Of a stretch of DNA of 64,000 nucleotides, positions 60,488 to 64,000 are shown piece after piece. A model generated the notes under the pieces. That model worked only from the letters and a program-made list of their open reading frames with translations, made no database searches and was not told the DNA's origin. The DNA lies in assembly GCA_963695345.1 (NCBI GenBank), contig OY968769.1:928001-992000 (forward strand), written 5' to 3'. This DNA comes from an uncultured Methanomassiliicoccales archaeon (GTDB lineage Archaea > Thermoplasmatota > Thermoplasmata > Methanomassiliicoccales > UBA472). The first letter of the stretch is position 1. Each line of letters opens with the position of its first letter. A program made the position numbers and the translations under genes.

Positions 60488-61253
60488 TCAGTCGCTTCTC
60501 AGGTCCTCTCCGCCTTGGTAGGACTGCTGGATGGCGTTGTATATGTCCTCCATGCCCTCCTGCTGTTCGGCGGACACCGGCGTTATCGTGCGGTACATGC
60601 CGATGCTCTCCATGGCCTTGAACAGCTCCAACGAGAGCGGCACCCGCGAATGCGCCTCGTCATCCATCAGGACGGCGTTCAGCGACTCCGGTTCCCGGGA
60701 CCATTCCAGGACCTTTTCCAGGTCCTCCTCGTTCAGCATGTCCGACTTCGAAAGGACGTTGACGAATGGCATCGCGAAACGGAAATGGGTCGTGGCGCAC
60801 AGCATCAGCGACGATACGAAGCCGGAGGCGGTCTTCACCAGTAGCGGGTCGGACAGGAACACCAGGAACGAGTCGTCCTGAGCCCAGCTGGTCGATGATG
60901 ACCTGGCTGCTCTGCCTGAACGCGAACAGCTCGATCTGGCCCGGGGTGTCGATCAGCACGTAGGGGGTCTTGAACCCGTCGACCGCTTCCACCAGCTCCT
61001 TGACGTGGAGCGCCATCAGGTCGGCACAGACGATCTGGGCCCCGTTCGGGCCTAGCCCATAGTCCGCCATGACCTCGCTTACCTTCACCCAGTCCCGGAT
61101 GTCGATGTCCGGCTCGTAGGGGATGAACTCCGCACCGGGGTCCAGGTTGATCGTGATGCAGTCGAGCCCCTGCAGGGTCATCCACTGCTGGAATGCGTAG
61201 ACCAGGGAGCTCTTGCCGCTCCCGGCGGTGCCGACGAAGTAAATGTTCACCAT
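60488..61253 (-). CDS. GPN-loop GTPase (apparent +1 frameshift ~60880)
   Basis: GTAGSGKS, NLDPG, LGPNG, DTPGQIE.F, SKSD, VSA. Confidence 0.92.
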
Positions 61254-61469
61254 ATGAACCGACCAATCCTACTAGTCCATCTTAAGAGTTTGCAGAAACC
61301 GCTTGCGAGAGAGTCGAGGCAACATCACTCAGACCGAACGCGTGATCACATGATTACCGGTTTAAGTTAGGAGAGAGAGGCTTCATGCTTGTAACACAAG
61401 GGTCTGTGGCCGTTCGATCGACCAGATACCGTAATTCTTTTGATATTGGTCATGATTAAGGGAGCTGTC

Positions 61470-61613
61470 ATGGCGAAGACGATGGACTGGGCAGCTTTGG
61501 GGATCGGCTCGGCCGTGGCGTTCGTTTTAGGGTTGCTCTATTTCGGTTTGCCTGGCGCCATAGTCCTTACCGTGGTAGTGATCACGATACAGGGCATACT
61601 GAGGTACAGATAG
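61470..61613 (+). CDS. 47-aa hydrophobic small membrane protein (not in ORF track)
   Basis: MAKTMDWAALGIGSAVAFVLGLLYFGLPGAIVLTVVVITIQGILRYR*; AAGGGAG upstream. Confidence 0.55.
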   Translation: MAKTMDWAALGIGSAVAFVLGLLYFGLPGAIVLTVVVITIQGILRYR

Positions 61614-61966
61614 TCGGCCAAATGCATTCTGTCCTAGCGAGCGGGACATGTCTCTTTACCGCCATTTCTTGGAGATACCGTGAGACCGAAATGGAAATTT
61701 CGTATCGATAGGGGCGGAAGACAGTTGAAAATACCGCATCCAGTGCAAGTACTATCGGGTTCTTCCAAGATTTCGACCTTCGAAAAAAGCGCCGAAATTA
61801 AAAACTATCAGAAGTGCATACATACCTAGAGGAAAGTGAGAATCAAGAACACTGCCTTTCCTCGATCCATAGAATTACGGATGGGATAGATCCGAAGGGA
61901 ACTGAGAGAAGATGGATTTCATCCAACTTGTTCCCTGGAGAATAAGTCAAAAGACTGGGTGAGGAG

Positions 61967-62287
61967 ATGGATATAAAAATCAAAGGTGTGTTGGTAAGGA
62001 TCTGCAAAAAACTGGACAAGATCGATGATTCGATCGATCATAGCATCAAAGCCAAGGAAGAGGACATCAAGAAGGTTCTGGAAAAATTGGTTGACTCCTT
62101 GGACCGGCTGATCTATGACGAGAACTATTTCGGTAAACCCTACCCTGAGATCCTGGTTCTGCATGAACTAAAAACGCTGTTGAAGGATGCTGATGGGCCC
62201 GCCTTGGAATCCAATATCCAGAAAACCAGAGATACGATTTATTCTCTGCTGGTCAAGGAAAAGCGCGCCCAAAGAAATCAGACCTGA
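61967..62287 (+). CDS. Hypothetical helical protein
   Basis: 106-aa ORF with GAGGAG upstream; K/D/E/L-rich. Confidence 0.55.
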   Translation: MDIKIKGVLVRICKKLDKIDDSIDHSIKAKEEDIKKVLEKLVDSLDRLIYDENYFGKPYPEILVLHELKTLLKDADGPALESNIQKTRDTIYSLLVKEKRAQRNQT

Positions 62288-62607
62288 GAACCAGGCAAGA
62301 CCGTTCCGAGATCTCTGTCATTAGCGTACGCCATCTGGATCGAATGCCCACTGGGCTTCAGGTCCAATTGAGCTTGCGCATGACACACTTAGAATGAACG
62401 GACAAGGTCGGGAAGGCATGTTCGTGCTCGAATAGGCCAGGCTCTCGATCGAATCAGATATGCGCAAAGCGGATGAATTCGACGCGGTGAGCGGGCCGTA
62501 TACCAGGAACGCCCGATATTGAATACCTCGTTCAACTGGAGTCGCCGATGGGATTTGTGAGGAGAGAAGTAAATATATACGCATAATATGGTCAAAGTTG
62601 GCCCTGA

Positions 62608-64000
62608 ATGTCGCCACACTCCATACTGATTCTGTCGGTCGATGACGAACCGGACATCTGTGCCCTGACAAAGGAATTTTTGGAGATAAATCGAGTGATA
62701 AGGGTAGAGGTCGCTGATTCCGTTGAGGAAGCCCGGGCCATGATCGCCCAGAAGCATTACGATGCGATCGTTTCCGATTACCAGATGCCCGGTGAGGACG
62801 GCATACGGTTCCTCAAATCATTGCGTTCTTCGGGAGATATGATCCCATTCATCCTGTTCACCGGAAAGGGAAGAGAAGAGGTGGTCATCGAAGCGATAAA
62901 CAATGGCGCAGACGCATATCTTCAGAAAGGTGGGGAACCTCGTTCGCTGTTCGCGGAACTTGAGCACCGGATAAGGACGATTGTCCGAAGGCATCGTGCA
63001 GAAGCCGCGCTCCTGGACAGCGAGTCGGAGTTCCGTACCCTGTTCGAAGAGAATCCCGATTCCGTGTCCATAGTCGGCGTCGACGGTAAGGTCCTGAACT
63101 GCAACCAGGCAGCGGCGGACATGGTGCTTATGGCCAGGGAGGAGATAATCGGAGGAAGCGTAAGTGACATGGGTGTTTTCGACCAAAATACCCTTGACCT
63201 CTTCCAAATCTCTACCGCGTCCATGATGAAAGGGATTCCGACCTCGTCCATTGTCGCCCAGGTCCATCGCCGGGATGGAACGACGAGATGGGTGGAGATG
63301 CGTTCCTCGATCATCAAGAAAGGAAATCGGTTCGATGCCTTTCAGATAATCGCCAGGGATATCGACGAACTGAAGCGGACGGAGCAATCGCTGAGGCAGA
63401 ACAACGAAGAGCTCAACGAGGTCAACCAGCAATTGGCGGTGGCAGAGGAGGAACTGCGGAAGCAGTTGGACGAGATCACCGAGGGACAGGACGAACTGAG
63501 GAGGGAGAAGGCCCTCTCGGAAACGCTGGTGGAAAGCCTCCCAGGCATCTTCTATCTATACAACGGACAGACCATGAGGATGGTCAACTGGAACAAGAAC
63601 CACCAGGTGGTGAGCGGCTATACCAAGGAGGAGATGCTGGGCAGGCATGTCCTGGACTGGTTCCGGCCGGACAAGGCCGGGACAGCCTTGGTGGACATAG
63701 AGGCCTGTATGTCCAAGGGCAAATCCAGCTTCGAGGCTTCTCTGCTCATGAAGGATGGACGGGAGGTCCCTTTCCTCTTGACTTCGAGCAGATTGGACAC
63801 GAAGGAAGGCAGCTACTTCATGGGCGTAGGGATAGATGTCAGCGAACGGCGTGAACTTGACAGGCACATGCAGGAGCTGAACCACGAGCTGATGGAGAAA
63901 GAGAAACGCTTCACCAGGCTGATGGAGCAATCCTTTGACGCCGTGATAACCCACCGTGATGCCAAGATAGTCCAGGCCAATGATGCAGCCTGCCGGCTGA
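62608..64000 (+). CDS. REC-PAS multi-sensor signalling protein (probable histidine kinase), truncated by window end
   Basis: Hand translation MSPHSILILSVDDEPD..IVSDYQMP..FTGKGREEVVIEA.NNGAD.YLQK, followed by PAS domains; frame open to 64000. Confidence 0.9.
   Translation, partial: MSPHSILILSVDDEPDICALTKEFLEINRVIRVEVADSVEEARAMIAQKHYDAIVSDYQMPGEDGIRFLKSLRSSGDMIPFILFTGKGREEVVIEAINNGADAYLQKGGEPRSLFAELEHRIRTIVRRHRAEAALLDSESEFRTLFEENPDSVSIVGVDGKVLNCNQAAADMVLMAREEIIGGSVSDMGVFDQNTLDLFQISTASMMKGIPTSSIVAQVHRRDGTTRWVEMRSSIIKKGNRFDAFQIIARDIDELKRTEQSLRQNNEELNEVNQQLAVAEEELRKQLDEITEGQDELRREKALSETLVESLPGIFYLYNGQTMRMVNWNKNHQVVSGYTKEEMLGRHVLDWFRPDKAGTALVDIEACMSKGKSSFEASLLMKDGREVPFLLTSSRLDTKEGSYFMGVGIDVSERRELDRHMQELNHELMEKEKRFTRLMEQSFDAVITHRDAKIVQANDAACRL

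Noticed and set aside
1-64000. Pyrrolysine (TAG) read-through proteins, expected in this lineage
   Set aside because: The TAG codons I checked (e.g. kinase at 94, KaiC at 5833, beta-CASP, tkt C-subunit, dnaK) fall at natural C-termini; none interrupts a domain
1-64000. CRISPR array, IS element, integrase, prophage or defence system
   Set aside because: No regularly spaced repeats, terminal inverted repeats or matching protein motifs seen

Overview
Core chromosomal segment of a GC-rich archaeon, most likely a Methanomassiliicoccales (Thermoplasmatota) methanogen. The basis is thermosome, PAN, PCNA, TFS, MBF1 and a GPN GTPase alongside bacterial-type dnaK-dnaJ-grpE, Hdr/Mvh subunits, split transketolase plus transaldolase, geranylgeranyl reductase and DUF835/KaiC proteins. 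I find about 60 CDS and one tRNA-Val(CAC), and no CRISPR array, rRNA, integrase or transposase. About 20 single-base indels, mostly insertions, break even essential genes such as PCNA; these are best read as long-read consensus errors. The top candidate for a new system is an XPD/Rad3 Fe-S helicase with an N-terminal zinc ribbon that matches the N-terminal ribbon of TFS/RpoM (same CxxC-12-CxxC spacing as the real TFS in this window), suggesting an RNA-polymerase-tethered helicase. It converges on three tandem KaiC-like ATPases with a non-canonical GxPGTMKS Walker A, one fused to a zinc ribbon and long coiled coil. Also notable: mvhD-hdrD-like and hdrC-hdrB pairs with no hdrA, a complete AMP phosphorylase/R15P isomerase/form III RuBisCO operon, an internally deleted gdhA pseudogene, and two small proteins missing from the ORF track. 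All assignments come from motif recognition by eye; no database search was run.
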